Source of the DNA: Amphiscolops sp. MND2022
Lineage: Eukaryota
Assembly: GCA_964187785.1 (NCBI GenBank)
Contig: OZ076413.1
Span: forward strand, 48,672,001-48,736,000
Length of the DNA: 64,000 bases
Reading direction: 5' to 3'
Below are positions 25,173-38,242 of this stretch, in pieces. Every line of letters begins with the position of its first letter. Position 1 is the first letter of the stretch. Under the pieces are notes generated by a model. The model ran no database searches. It saw only the letters and a list, made by a program, of their open reading frames with translations, and was not told the origin of the DNA. A program made the position numbers and the translations under genes.

Positions 25173-27540
25173 CAGCCTCTTCAACACTTTTATTGCATTG
25201 CATTTTATTGAAAATTTTGAAAAACCAATTGCCTTTGAGAGCAAAAACATCAAGCGTTTGCATCATTTTTTGAAAATATGAATCCAGTGAAATATTGTTT
25301 GAGAAAAAATCAGCAAATGAAAAGCTACGAGAAAAAATCGCACCTAGAAAGCTATGAGCAGGTATATTATCTTACATATTGTATCAAGTGAATCGTAAGT
25401 TACAAATTGGACATTGAAGAAATTTCGTCATCAGTAATCTTCGAGACATCAAATTCTCATGGATAAAACTGCTTCTGTAAAGACTAAAAAGTCATTAAGG
25501 TTCAAAGTCACATGCAAAATGAATTGACCTCGATAACTCTCAGAATACGTGAATTTTAAGAGCAAATTATTATTTACAGTAGGGAAGAAATGAATGAACT
25601 TTTTGTTGACAGTTTCTCTCGACAACGAAGGCAGGAATTGCAAGAAACTGAGAGGGGTTCGATAAGGTTCTATGGCACAGTTGACAACAGAAGGGGCAGG
25701 GGTGTCAGGAGAGCCGCCGCCAATAGTTTCATCTAACCTCATGTGCAAGCTAAATTAACCCAAATATATTGAAGCCGAATATTAATTTAAATCTTGAATC
25801 ATACAGGCCAACGGATTTCCATTACTACAAGAAGATTCTATTGGTCGAAACATGTGAGGAAAGCGATCTGATACCCGTGATGTTGCAGAATTTAGCTGAC
25901 CAATCAAATTCAAGACCTCACATCTGAGATATTTCTTATCCGAATGTTAAGGTGCTCACTTCGAAGTTACCACGGCCGACCGATGGAAGCCCTTCTACAG
26001 GTAGAAGAGTAGAAACAATGCACTCTAAAAACTTTCAATTTTGCATTATAATGAAAAACTGATTTTATAAATTTTTGGCGAGGTGTGCAACTAAAGCGCG
26101 AAATAAGATATTTAGACACGCCGTTCATTGCTGGATGCATCAGCGAAGTTTACATGTAAACTTCGCTGGTTTTATTGTGACAATCGATCTTTGAAAATGG
26201 GACGGTCATCTTCTAATAGCTTGCACTGTAGAAGCTTCTGTACAAAAAAAAACGTTTTGCAAAAAAAACGGTCGGGACAACTTTGACCTCAATGTGCTGA
26301 ATTGTCACGCGAATTATCGTGTAACTGCGGTACAATCAAACTATTTTGGGGTTGAGGCGACGGACTAAATCTATGAGCTCAGACAACCAAAGATGAATTT
26401 GTGTAAATCCAAGTCTTTGTACTCTTTCTAAATATGTTGTTTGTAGTGATGTTACTTTTTATAGCTTAGCCTTTTTTGAATTTAAGGTTCCGAAGTGATT
26501 ACTACTGAGCGACGGAATACACAGACAAAAGGTAAAGAACAGAGTTGTGAGCCCTTGATGGTTATTAATATTTTTAATTTTTAGGACCTGTTGATGGTCA
26601 TAAAGACTGCCTCCCCATTCACACGTATTTCAACTCGTTTTTTAGCAAAAACCTAATTTTGGTTCAAAAACTTATTCGATAGGCGTCAATTTCAGAAGCA
26701 AGACCATCCAAATACGTATTCTCTTTGGATGTTGAAAATGCCCGTACTGGCACACTGACATTCCAGTCAACTTAAGTCCTTATCAGGACACCTCAAGGAT
26801 ACCAAGCGTTTGACATGATAACACAAGGAGTTCAAGGATTGCCAAGATTTTCCCCAGTTTTCGAGGAAAAAAACGAAAAAAGTCGTTAGTAGTCCTGGTG
26901 CAGTCCTTGAAAAATTTCGATGAAAAGTTCGAAGTTGCTTATAGGGCGCGGTCGGATTTGAGTAGGAAAAGCTCAATGCTTGTAATTCCTATCACTTTCA
27001 AATGTATTGTGTATTAATTCACGAAACACGTTTACACGTTATTCTATAGACTTTACTACCGCTAACAAACTAGAAACACATTCTGGTAGAATAATCACTA
27101 CATTCAGGTAGACCAAGGTCTAAAATCACAGTATTCTGATGGAATAAGGCCCAAAATTGCTTGTTCTTCTGGAACAAAGCCTAAAAACTGGCAACCGGGA
27201 ATAACGGCCAAGAAATAACGCCTTTATTACCGGAACGGAACATTTTCAGACATTATACCTCAGACGTTATTCGCGCCCCCAAAATAACATCTGCATTTCC
27301 GGAACATATTTAAGACCCTAGTTAAAAGCGCTACGGTGTTTTAGAAGTTGCTGCTTTGTTGCGGGGTTCGTTTTTCGCTTGTATGCGTTTGAAAATGATC
27401 GTTTGGCAACACAATTTGTGTAAATATTCGTTGTTGAATCGGTGGTGGCATTCTTAAAATGCACAAACAAGGCCTTGCACTGAGCTTGCGACAATTGACA
27501 TATCACACTTTTTGATATCCGACGATTCGTTTTACAGGGC

Positions 27541-27857
27541 TGTCAGGATCACTTGACGTCTGAACATGACAGAAGTTTGGGCCATTCTCTTCTCTATTGC
27601 TAAAGATCTTTTCAGTAAGGGCCGTCACCATACTCCCTAATTCCCAAATCTGGCGATTCATGTCATTGAATCGCTGGTCAATACTATTTCGTTCATGGTC
27701 CCTTTAATGATCGATATTGTTTTCTTCATTGCAGAGTCGTTGTTTCTCAAGTCAGGTTCGGGAAAGCTAACATTACTATCATTGTCACTGAAGTCTTCCG
27801 TTTCTGCTTGCTCAGTTCGATTATTTTTTTTCAAACCTGGGATCTGGTGAGTACCAT
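27541..27857 (-). mobile_element. Probable remnant LTR of a second Gypsy family carrying a gag 5' part (far boundary not found)
   Basis: Decayed frame starts MVLTRSQ at 27857 (cf. MPSTRSQ), includes IDQRFNDMNRQIWELGSMVTALTEKIFSNREENG, and ends at ...TCCTGACA (27541). Confidence 0.45.
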
Positions 27858-30800
27858 AGAGAGAGGTTATAGAGTTTGAAAAGTGAACTTTGTATAGAGT
27901 TTTATTCAGTCAATACAATTCCGTTCAAGTATTGATTTTCCTATGTTGAATTACTACTGATGATAAGCACGTCTGTACGTCAAATTTAAAAAATTCTTCG
28001 TTCAATTTCTATAGCGCAATTGTGACTTCAAATACTCAATTGCGTGTTGGTATCATTTGACCAAAAGCGTTGTTCTGGTTGTCTGGTGGTTAAAGTGCTA
28101 ATTATATTACCAGGGTGTTACGTACGACTGGCTACTGCGGTCGTTCTTAATCATCAAAATTACACTTTCGCACCTGTTACTGCACTGGTATACATGTTTG
28201 ATTGTTGAATCTGACAGCACGTGCTAAATGACGATTAATAATTACCGTCGTAACCATAGTTACAGTATTTTTACGTCTGTTGGGTAATGAGATTATACAT
28301 GTACAAGTCAATGCTTTGTACACTATTGACACCTAAAAGTCGTGGTCGTTATCATGATTTTAGCATGATCACTACGATATTCATTTGCATGTAAATGTTG
28401 AACGAACGACGATTGGTTAGGCCAGTCGTTTTTCTTCGAACTAACTTATGAAATACTAGTTGACAGGAAACGAAGTTTAAAGTTCTTGGCGACTAGCGTA
28501 TGTCGTCGTCTAATCAATTTATGCTGATTCTCACGACACTCCATCTCTTTTTGAAAAACAAAAAAACGTTGAAAGAGGTAAGAAAAACTGCAAGGATATT
28601 GGGTGGTCTCCTGTGAATAGCTGCTGGGTATTCGCTTCGGGTAATTGAGGGATTGATCGTGAATACCAATGCTAGCGGTGTTGCAGAATGTATGTAGACG
28701 GGCATTGACTCTTGGAGTGTTTGGTTAGTTCTGTAGGTTGGTCGAAATGACGACACAGTGTACCGGTCGTGATGTCTAAGTGGTTTGTTACTCGGTATTC
28801 GACTCATCATTGTTTTCCAATGCAATTGAAATTTTCACTGATTGCTTGAAGTAGCGGCCATTTCATTCAAGAGTGTGTGCATTTGCATTAGCTAAGCTGC
28901 TAGTAGTTTCATTCACTATAATTGAAACAAAAGGGAGTGGAAGTGGTACGGTTATTGTGGTTCGTTGCGTTCGATTGCATCACTCGCGGGGATGATCCAG
29001 GTTTAAAAAATTACAAAATGGTGAAGGACGACTGAGCCTCCGTGACGTCACCGCAATGAGAGCAAATAACCGTCAAAGGTTGAGAATGTTAGGCAGCGGA
29101 AGTAGCGATGGTCATCCGGTTGCGCGCATTATTGAAGAGGAAAGTATATCGTTTGAAAGGCAATTCACGAAAAATGATCTACAATAAATAACGGGGCAAT
29201 TGAATATTCGACAACTACGTGGCTGACACCGAGAAGCATTCGCCGTCACCGTCAACTTTGCATTATTTTCATTCCGTTCATCACATTGAGCGTGGGATAC
29301 CTGTATTCCTTGGAATTGTGATTTCAAGCAGTGTCATCTATTTTTTATCGACAGGAATCGTTTTTTGATTCTTTTTCTTCTGATGGTGTCGTATCTAAGT
29401 TTGGTACAATAGGGGTGGGGTACCAGAGCGTGGTTGTAGTCTTACAATCATCAGTCCAAAGGAAGGCCCTTTTTGAATACTTTCCTCGGGTCAATAATGT
29501 TCCGAAATAGGACCGGAAACCGGTCGCGTTCTTCCGGCAGTAGAAAACCTTTATGGAGAGATAAACGTGGTTGATCAGTCCACATCACCGTGTCCTATAG
29601 GCGTGAAGTTAGTCCCTGATTGTCGTCGTCGTTCGCTCCATTACTGTATTATCAATTAGCTCGGTATTGAGATTCATGTCCGTTGGATCATCGCTGTACC
29701 CCAAGTCGAGTACTGCTTCATCATTATGATCCGATTTGCTTGAATCAGCAGATAGTTGTCTTACCAGTATGTCGCAGATGCCCGTCAATATCGGTGAAGG
29801 AGTAGAAGAAGCTGCAGCGGAGGTGCTAGGGAAAGACGTCCCTCCAGCTTGTTGTCGTCTGGCAAGTCGTATCCCAACGGATGGAGCAGAAAATGCTAAC
29901 ACCATTTTCGAAATGGCATTGTGTGAAGAAGTTTATTAGTTTGATAAGTTTGATTTGCTTGCTCGATTCCTTCTTCTCTTTTGTTTTTGTTTGCTTGCTG
30001 TGGCAATCGCTGTCTGAGGATGACCGTTGGTTGCAGGAGATTTTCTTAGCGTGAAATTCTCAGTGGACGCGCGTTAGATTTTTCGTCTATAGTAGTTTCA
30101 TCATCATTTTTGTAGTCCGGGTCGCCCAAGGTACCAATTGTAGCAGAACAGGTGAGCATGCTGGAACTGCTGGCTCATCCCGGTCTTTCCACGGGGCTGG
30201 CGTGAGGTATCACCGTTGAATGATACCAAAAAATCTTCGGTAATGTGTCATTCAGACGCCTTCCTCAGCAGTCAATAAGGTACATTGATCATTAAGTGCT
30301 TTAGCCCCAAAGGTGTTCATCCACGTTGATAGGATATCAAAAACGGTAGGTATCCCGGTGCTCGTAAAGCGATACATAAAATATTGCTCGCTGTAGATAA
30401 TATTGTGACGGCTGTGTTTGCCCAATTCCGGTGTACGGGCTACGTCGCTTTGCTCTTTTGAAGCAATGAAGGAGAGGTTGGAGCATCAAGTTGCTTGCTT
30501 CGTCAAGGCAACCATAGAGTCCATGCCTTAGTACCGTCGAAGCATATGCAGTTGAGGACTTTATGCGACTGCTACACGAAGCAAACAGAAAGAATTCCGT
30601 TGTCACGCCGGACTCGTCGGCATGTGCAGTTGTGCCGAACCATTTAGGGGTATCCGATAGCCCATCTGCGTCGCGTGTTGGCTCAAGTTCTTCGGTGAGA
30701 GCAGCTTCACTGGCGCCTTTAACTTTTGTGAGGATGTGTCCGCGGTGTCAGGAACTCAAAGAACTTTTTTAAACTATTATTGTTATTTTCGTTTTCTGCT

Positions 30801-31005
30801 TTGTTTCCTTTTCTGTTTCTCGTTTCGTTTCCTTTTGTTTAGCTTCGGTTGTGTTATTGTAAGGAAACGTGCATTGAAGACTTCGTTGTATGCATTTTTT
30901 GTCTCTGGAGTGCTGAGTGACTTCGTCGCGTTTCCCAGAGGAAAACGAGTTACGTATGGCCACGCTCGTTGCCTGTTGCATCGCTGGGCGAGGGATTTCC
31001 AATCT

Positions 31006-31144
31006 TTGGGAACACTGGAAATGTGTTGGGCACCATGGAATGTTACTTTCTTTTGAACATAAGCAGCGCCAAGTTGGGAACACTGGAAATGTGTTGGGCA
31101 CCATGGAATGTTACTTTCTTTTGAACATAAGCAGCGCCAAGTTG
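31006..31144 (+). repeat. Perfect tandem duplication, 68-bp unit x2
   Basis: ttgggaacactggaaatgtgttgggcaccatggaatg...cagcgccaag repeated at 31006 and 31074. Confidence 0.9.
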
Positions 31145-34123
31145 AAGGACGGGTGGATTGCATGCGGACTGAATTGAACGACAATAATCGAGCTACGAGT
31201 CATGCTAAGAGTGATGTTGGACTTTATATACAAATGTACTACTGGTTTACTTGGTTATCATGAAACAGTTTGTTTGTTTCTTGCATAGAGATGGTATCAT
31301 CTTTTTTTGAGTTTTCATGAGTTGGGACAGTAACACGTAAGGCAGTTGAACGTTGCTGAGGTGATTGCAAGTTTTAAAAATATGGCAGATATTGTTAGAC
31401 CGCTTTAGAATCCATACATGTAGTTTTGATTTGTTTTACAGAGTTTGGTGGACTACGGTTTGTATCCTTACGTCATTGATCAGTTGACGGAAGACCTGAA
31501 GGACGACGTCGTGGTGGGCATAACGATACGTTTCGCATCAACAATTTGGCGAGTGGAATTGCATCACGTGGGCACTAATTCATCGCGTTCTGTTGATTGG
31601 CGTTTTCGCTGCAGGCGTTGATCACGAATGTCGTCTGGCGGAGTGTGTCATGCCTGTGTTGCATGTTTGAGTGACCCTGGGGGTCATAACGTCAAAAACA
31701 GTGGACGGTTCCGTCAAGATGCCAAAAGCTTTAGCAACCGCTGCACACCCAAAGACTCCAGTGGTAAGCCGTGTGATTGGGTTGTCTTGTTTACTCCAAG
31801 TGATCAAGGAATCTATTCTGAGTTCGTTTGCGGCTTTGGAGACTTAGGTAACTAGCTCAGGCTTGACTTCTCAATGAATATTGATCGCCCGTTTTTCACT
31901 TCAGCTCACGATTGTAAGACATTCTGATTATTTAACAATTTCTAATGGTTTAAGAATTTTATTTGTGGGAAATGCTTTTCACACAACCTGTCGACTGTGA
32001 AGACTCGTGTGGTAACAAAACTGGAAAGCGTCAACATCAAAGTGGAGACGTCTATCTCAACTCTGAATGGAAGCGGTAGCCTCTTGTCGAAGCAAAATGC
32101 CGATCAGTCCAACAGTGCAACCAAGTAGCTACTTTTCTTCAGGAAGCCGTTGGTTTGTCTTGTGCAGTCTGTTTTCCTGAAAAAAATTTACAAATCGGTC
32201 AAATTCCTTAGCTTAGTTGATTGCCGCAAACACAGTGGCTCTTCCTGATAACAAAATCAAATTAAATGTATATCGGACGGGACAAGTTAGCGCTTGGTGG
32301 ATTTATTTCTGAATATTATGGGCGGGGCGTGACTTGCTTTAGGTGGAGTTTGAAGGGGTTGATTGAGAGAATGCTTTCTCTGGAGCAGGAAAATGAGCGT
32401 CTGCACTTTACCCAGAGTCAAAAAGATTTTCAGGGGTAATTCTTTTTCCAAACTATGGCCAGTGTGGGTTTGACTCTGAATGTGCAAATGAAACTTGCTC
32501 CCCTTTGTGTCTGATATTTAGAACTATTGCTTCACAAGCCGTCGAATCTGTTTTCCTGTACGTGGAGGAACAACGTATTTGGAGGCAAAACCAGTGTGGA
32601 TGTATTGCTGTCGAAATAACACCGATATTCGAGAAGCGACCATCCGAATCAGCATCGTTGACGCTCTAATTTGCTTCAATGTAAAATCATCGCATTCCCT
32701 TCGCCTCCTTTCGATCTCTACTTTCATATCCATATAGTGATATGTGACATGGACTTCAACTAGAAACTCACACACTTTCGGCATCTTTCCCTATGTTCCA
32801 AAATTAAATCTTTCGATTTTTAACCTCATTCCAGCGACAATCAAAAAGAAGCTACTCAAACGGTTTCCGCAGCGAAGAATATAACATGTTGTCGGCATCG
32901 CCCAAAAAAGAACTATGACAACCTTCCCCGCCCGTTTCGATGAACAATATTGTTGTTAGCTGATATTTTTGCATTACGTCTGGAAATTCAAAACAATATT
33001 TTTCATTAGTGTTTCACTGTGCTGAATCAGTCGTTCTTCATTTCTTTCATCTTCCAGTAAGTTAAGCAGTAACTCAAGCTTGACTTTTCAAAGAATAATG
33101 CCATGGTCAGTTTTTTTACATCCGCTCACGCTTGTAATTTGAAAACACACGCCTCCCGCATCTTTCCCTGTTCCATCGTTAAAGAAATGCAGATTTGTAC
33201 TCTCCTCAAGAGGTAAAAAGTTCCTATTTTCAACGTATTTTCCTTCTTCAGGAAAGATCGAAGTTTCCATGGTCTTTCTGAAGAAAATCTAAAGTTTCCA
33301 ATTGACTATACACCGAGATACTGTACGGAATTGATGAAAGAGACAAAAAGTCAAACAAAAAAACATTTCTCAAGGAAGGTGTTCTTCCAGGAAGATTCTT
33401 GAGCGATCAGATTTTTTCTCAATAACAAGAAAGTTCTCTGATCCCTATTGCGTAGGAAGGTCTCTAGTGAATGGGCAACGGTTGACGTACATTCAGCGAC
33501 CTTTAGAAACTTCTGAGAAAATTCGAAAGAGCTTGGTGGTCCGGGCAATAACCCTACCAAAATATAGCGGGTGACTGCCAGGGTCCTGTATGCCCGCGTC
33601 TATGACGGAGAAACAACTTATGGAAATTGGGTGTAGCATGGAAAAACATCACTTTTCACCGATCGAAATGGATGAAAACTTTGCATAGCCCTATCAAAAA
33701 AGATGCTTACCAAAATTGTATTGGCAATTTTTTGTGGCTAAAGACATTAAAGGTGACTTTACCATTTTTGCGTTTTTGACGTCTTTTGTTGGCCGTTATA
33801 ACTTCTTACCAGGCCAGCCTAGCCATTTTTGTTGCTCTAACATACTGTTGTGCCATCTGAAAATTTGTCTGCTGAGAAAATTTGGTTGCAATAGGATCAA
33901 GCATACGAGATAGAGGTGTACCCCCGTCCGAATATATTAAGCAAGTTTGGTAAAGCGCAAATTTCGAGCAAAACGGAGTAGAATTAGCGAAGTTTTTGGT
34001 ATTCTCCTTAAGTTTTGTCCGGCGTATTCAGACAGAATTGATGACATGCATTTATTTCCCCTCCCCCAACCCCTCTGGACCAGATATGACCTCCTCCATA
34101 TGCCTCAACACCGGAATATCCTA

Positions 34124-34465
34124 TTTTTAGTCGGCGCTTTTTCGAAGAAAAACGCGGACTATAGTAGTGACTTTTTTCGTAGACCAACGAACTGACAGAT
34201 TTTATAAGCTTTATAAGCTGACCTGCACTAATACTAAACTGTGCCACACTACTTCTACTGGCACTTGGCATAGAGGTTACGGCTTTTTTTAGCTTTTTAC
34301 CGGAGACCAAAAAAATTCGAAAAAAAATTGAAAAAAAATTCGGAATAAAGTTTTTAATTTTTTCCTTACGCGGGTACTGTAGGAGAGATTACTTGACATT
34401 CTGAAGTCCTTTTGCTATTTTTGAGCCTTAGATATGGCGCCGACTTGGGCCGTTCCCGGCTTGTT
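34124..34465 (+). mobile_element. Helentron-type non-autonomous element, family B
   Basis: tttttagtcggcgc ... gcgccgact + hairpin gccg-ttcc-cggc + ttgtt; matches 14016-14493. Confidence 0.65.
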
Positions 34466-35155
34466 ATATTGAGGAGTCGTTATACGGGCACCAAGTAGAA
34501 TATTAAAATTGAACAAGTATTAGAAGGAACTGCCACTTAACAGGAGAGCCGAAAGTTACACTATCAAATTCCTGAAAAAAACCTCGTTTAACCGGATGTT
34601 GTCTGCCTAACCGGAAAAAAATCCAAAAATTAGTGTAAAACCACTTTATGTCAATGTTTTCAGCTTTTTTCGAAACCCAATGCTGGCGAAGTATCTTTTT
34701 TTGCTAGGTCCAACCGTTCGGCTGATAATTCAAAAAAAAACGAAAAAGTTCAAGAAACAAGAAAATTATTCGGAATTACCTTGAAATTCTAACTTGCTGT
34801 TGCGTCTTTACCTTTTTATCCTTTGCTCTAGGGTTATGCATAATTACATCAAATTGTATCGGCGACGAATGATGTTTTTCTATTTTAACCCCCATTTCTA
34901 TTGTTTTCTTCGTTATAGATCGGGGTATACTTGACTCAGCACCAAAGTTTGCTGCGATTATTTCCGGACCATGAAGCGGCCCAAACGTGAGGTGCAAACT
35001 TTTGCGGAATTTGTAGAACCATTTGTTTACCGATAGTTTAAAACTTTTTGTCACAGGAATCTCGAAGTTTGCGACGGCTCGGATGCTTTTTTCGAATCGC
35101 CTTTCAGGTGTTGTAAAAATTCAAATCAGTGTCACACGCATAATTAACCGTATAA

Positions 35156-36622
35156 TGTCGTATAATTTGTCATCCCAGTACGGATCTTTGCCGTACTCGG
35201 GGTCATAGTACTGAGGGTCATAATCTTCGACAGTTTGTAAGGGGCGGAAGTGAGTTTCTGAGTCTTTATCGTGGTTATTGCGTCGATATAAATATGGATG
35301 GTCACTGTGGATGATGTATTGGGGTTTCCATACGGGCATTATCCATCTGCTGCTGCCAGACAGTCGATGGTATCCCTGTGGTGTCATTTTGAATTTGGTT
35401 ATAAATGATGTTTGGTGGATCAGATATAACATACTGTCGTACTGACATCTGGTTGGACATTTGGAGTCGAGGCGAAATTAGTTTTTTGAATCAGCTTAAC
35501 GTGAGTTTGATTGGCCTGAAGATGTAGTTTCAGTGTTGGTTGACTTTTTGGACGATTTCTCATCCCCCGAGGTTTCATCAGCTTTATCTTTGGGTCGTGT
35601 CCTTTTGGGACGTAAATGTGCCCCAGCTCCTTTCCAGCACCGTTCAGCAGGGTGATTCGTTTTCTTGCATGTGGGGCATTCTGGATACGTTGGACGTTGG
35701 GGTTTTTTTCGCCGTTTTTGTCCTACAGTTCTTTTTTTTTCAATTTGGGGCAGCTCTTATAGAAGTGGTCTGTGGTTTTACAATAAGACCATTGTGCGTC
35801 CTTGGTGGTGTTTATGCCATTAGACAGTAGATTGTTGTTACCAGTGGACGCAGAGGCCATTGTGGCCATTGGTAAGTCATCTGACTCTTCCAATGCATTG
35901 AGTTCAAGCTCTCTTTCAAGATGAGCGACAATTTCTTCGTATGTACCGTTCTCCAGGCGGGACATGTTGACAGATCGTTTGAGTTTTGGAGGCAATTTTG
36001 CGTACAATAAGCTGTCGATCATGCTCTTTGCATTTTCACCAAATGCTTTTTCTGCGCCCTGGTTGAGCTCCTCCAAGAAATCCGGCAATTTCATGGTATT
36101 TGGGTCGAAGGTCAACCGATGCCATTTGTGTTTTGCCGTTGCCTGGGATTCCAGTTTGACATATTTCTCCCGGAATATGACCAGCACGTCTTCTAGCTTG
36201 TAGTGTCTGACGGTTTATAGAGTTTATGTTCTCGAATGTCTGCGGGGCCCCTTTCCTCAGCAAGGAATGAAAGTGGTTAATTTTCATTTGCTCTGTCATG
36301 GCCGGTTGCATTTTAATCATTGTGTGGAACAAATCTTCAAAAAGTTCAAATTTCTCGCATTTTCCATCAAACGTCATTGGCGTGGTTTGAACTGGTCGGA
36401 TAGTCATCGTTTGTGGTTTGTTTTGCAAGTTGACCAAGACGTCTGCCAGTCGATTCAAAGGGTCCTGGGGAGTCTCAGTAGCCACTGTTTCTGGGGCTGG
36501 CAGAGTGGTGTCCAGAGAGACATTGTGGTTTGATTGCTGTCTCTCCAGGTTTGGGATCGAGTGGATTCGTCCGGTGAGAAATTCGGGAATTTGCTGTTGG
36601 GCTTCGTTAGCTCCTGTCACCA
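35156..36622 (-). mobile_element. Truncated second Gypsy unit (PBS, gag, slippery site, start of pol) downstream of the shared LTR
   Basis: Near-identical to 48999-50458; homology stops abruptly at 35156; carries a frameshifting insertion near 36197. Confidence 0.9.
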
Positions 36623-38234
36623 TGTAAGAGCCACGTTCCGTGGTGTCTCTCAAATCACCAACGGACCGTGAGTCCTTTTTCAATATTTTTGTTTACAAGC
36701 CAGATGAGTTTTCCCTATTCTCCTGACTACTAGGGGATAAACTGGCTTCAGTGTCCCTGTTCCCTGAAGATGACATTGAACTCACTATGTTTTGGATTTC
36801 TGGGATCACCCTTTCTGACATAGCAGTACTAATTGCTCTGTTTATTTGGTTATGGACCATGGACATCATGGAATCCATCTCTCGGGACAATCTAAGGTTG
36901 AATTCATTTGTAAAAGTTTCAATGGAATGTCTAACTTCATTGTGCCTCATCGGCTCATTTTCTTGTACGAAGCTATAAGTGTTCCTTTGGTACTCATTTT
37001 CCTCATAGTCTTCTTGGACAGAGGACTGTTCGATTGCATCTGCTAATTCTATCTCAATAGGATTTTAAATCCCATTACCTAACATTACGTCCAAGTTATC
37101 TATATCGGACATCATCTCCATCTCTCTAGACTTTCTTGCATTTGCTTTCTGTCTTCTTGTGGAAGGCATAAATGATTGTACTAGAGGTAATATTTAAATT
37201 ATTCTAGGAACCAGTTATTAACAACGAAACGGTTAATAATTTGTATCTGAGTATTATCAAAAATAGTGAACTGATAATAATGCGGTTTGTCAAATTGTGT
37301 CCCTGGGGACAGCTAGTCCTGGGTATTTATAGTTAGGGCGGAAGTGATGATCTAAATCCAGGGTGTCATGCATCTATTTTTAGAATATAAAGCCTAAAAA
37401 TAGCACCGTGACATCATCATCGCGCTAAATATATACATCAAAGGGCTAGCGGTAGTTGAATATTTATATGGCCTTCATGGCTACAATGACAATGACAGCC
37501 AAGAATTACATATGTTTACATGTAAAGGCAACAATTCATGTATCATACTCTATAATATGTCTTTTCTAGCCGTTTTAGACTAAAAGCAATATAAAATGAT
37601 ATCTAAAATAATAAGCATCAACATTCTAATTTTATACTTTCAGAGTACAAGTAGGATCAAGTATCCACTTTGTCTTATTACAGCAACTAGTAGAGCAGCT
37701 TTCAATCATTTAAAATAATAGCATCGACGGCTAGCGTCAAAATAGACATGCTGTCCTTTATTTATTTGCAAGCCGCAAGCGTGAAAGCCAAACACGGCGC
37801 TCGCACAAGAGTAGCCAGATAGGTATGGTTGTAATAACAATGTACTGCACTGTGATTGGTTAAAATCAATTTGGACTGCTTGGCCGCAGCGACAGGAGAG
37901 GAAACATTTGAACTCGTTTCCTCTACCTGTACGCCTTGGTGTCCAATTTCTCAATTACCGTATACATTTAGATATTGAAAAAATCAAATGTATGTTTTAC
38001 ATAACAATTCCTGAATAATTATTGCAAAACCTTTCAGGTTTAATATCGTAAAGGCCACAAGTAGAGTGTTATACATGTAAATTCAATTATAATAAACCAC
38101 GTTTGTAGTTTATTTTTCATGGCTTCTGGACTAGCAGTCTTTCCTTCAGTTTATTGGGAGAGTACATGGAAGATCTTGATAGCAGCTATAACTTATAGTA
38201 TAGTAGTTTCCATCGCAGGCGGCAGCCCGCGACA
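36623..38234 (-). repeat. Gypsy 3' LTR (~1612 bp), also acting as 5' LTR of the truncated next unit
   Basis: TG...CA ends; preceded by PPT and followed by PBS; direct repeat of 50459-52065 with scattered substitutions and a small indel. Confidence 0.88.
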
Positions 38235-38242
38235 CTCCCCCT
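38235..38242 (-). promoter_or_regulatory. Gypsy polypurine tract (AGGGGGAG)
   Basis: Abuts the TGTCGCGG start of the 3' LTR; absent next to the 5' LTR at 52066. Confidence 0.85.

Noticed and set aside
24777..25253. 158-aa - strand ORF with an acidic DEDDEDDDD run
   Set aside because: Antisense shadow of the ATC-rich TM-coding semaphorin exon
35156..38234. Whole ~3.1-kb repeat (versus 48999-52065) as one giant LTR
   Set aside because: It contains an internal CA|TGG PBS junction, has no PBS or clear LTR terminus at 35156/48999, and breaks inside pol coding sequence
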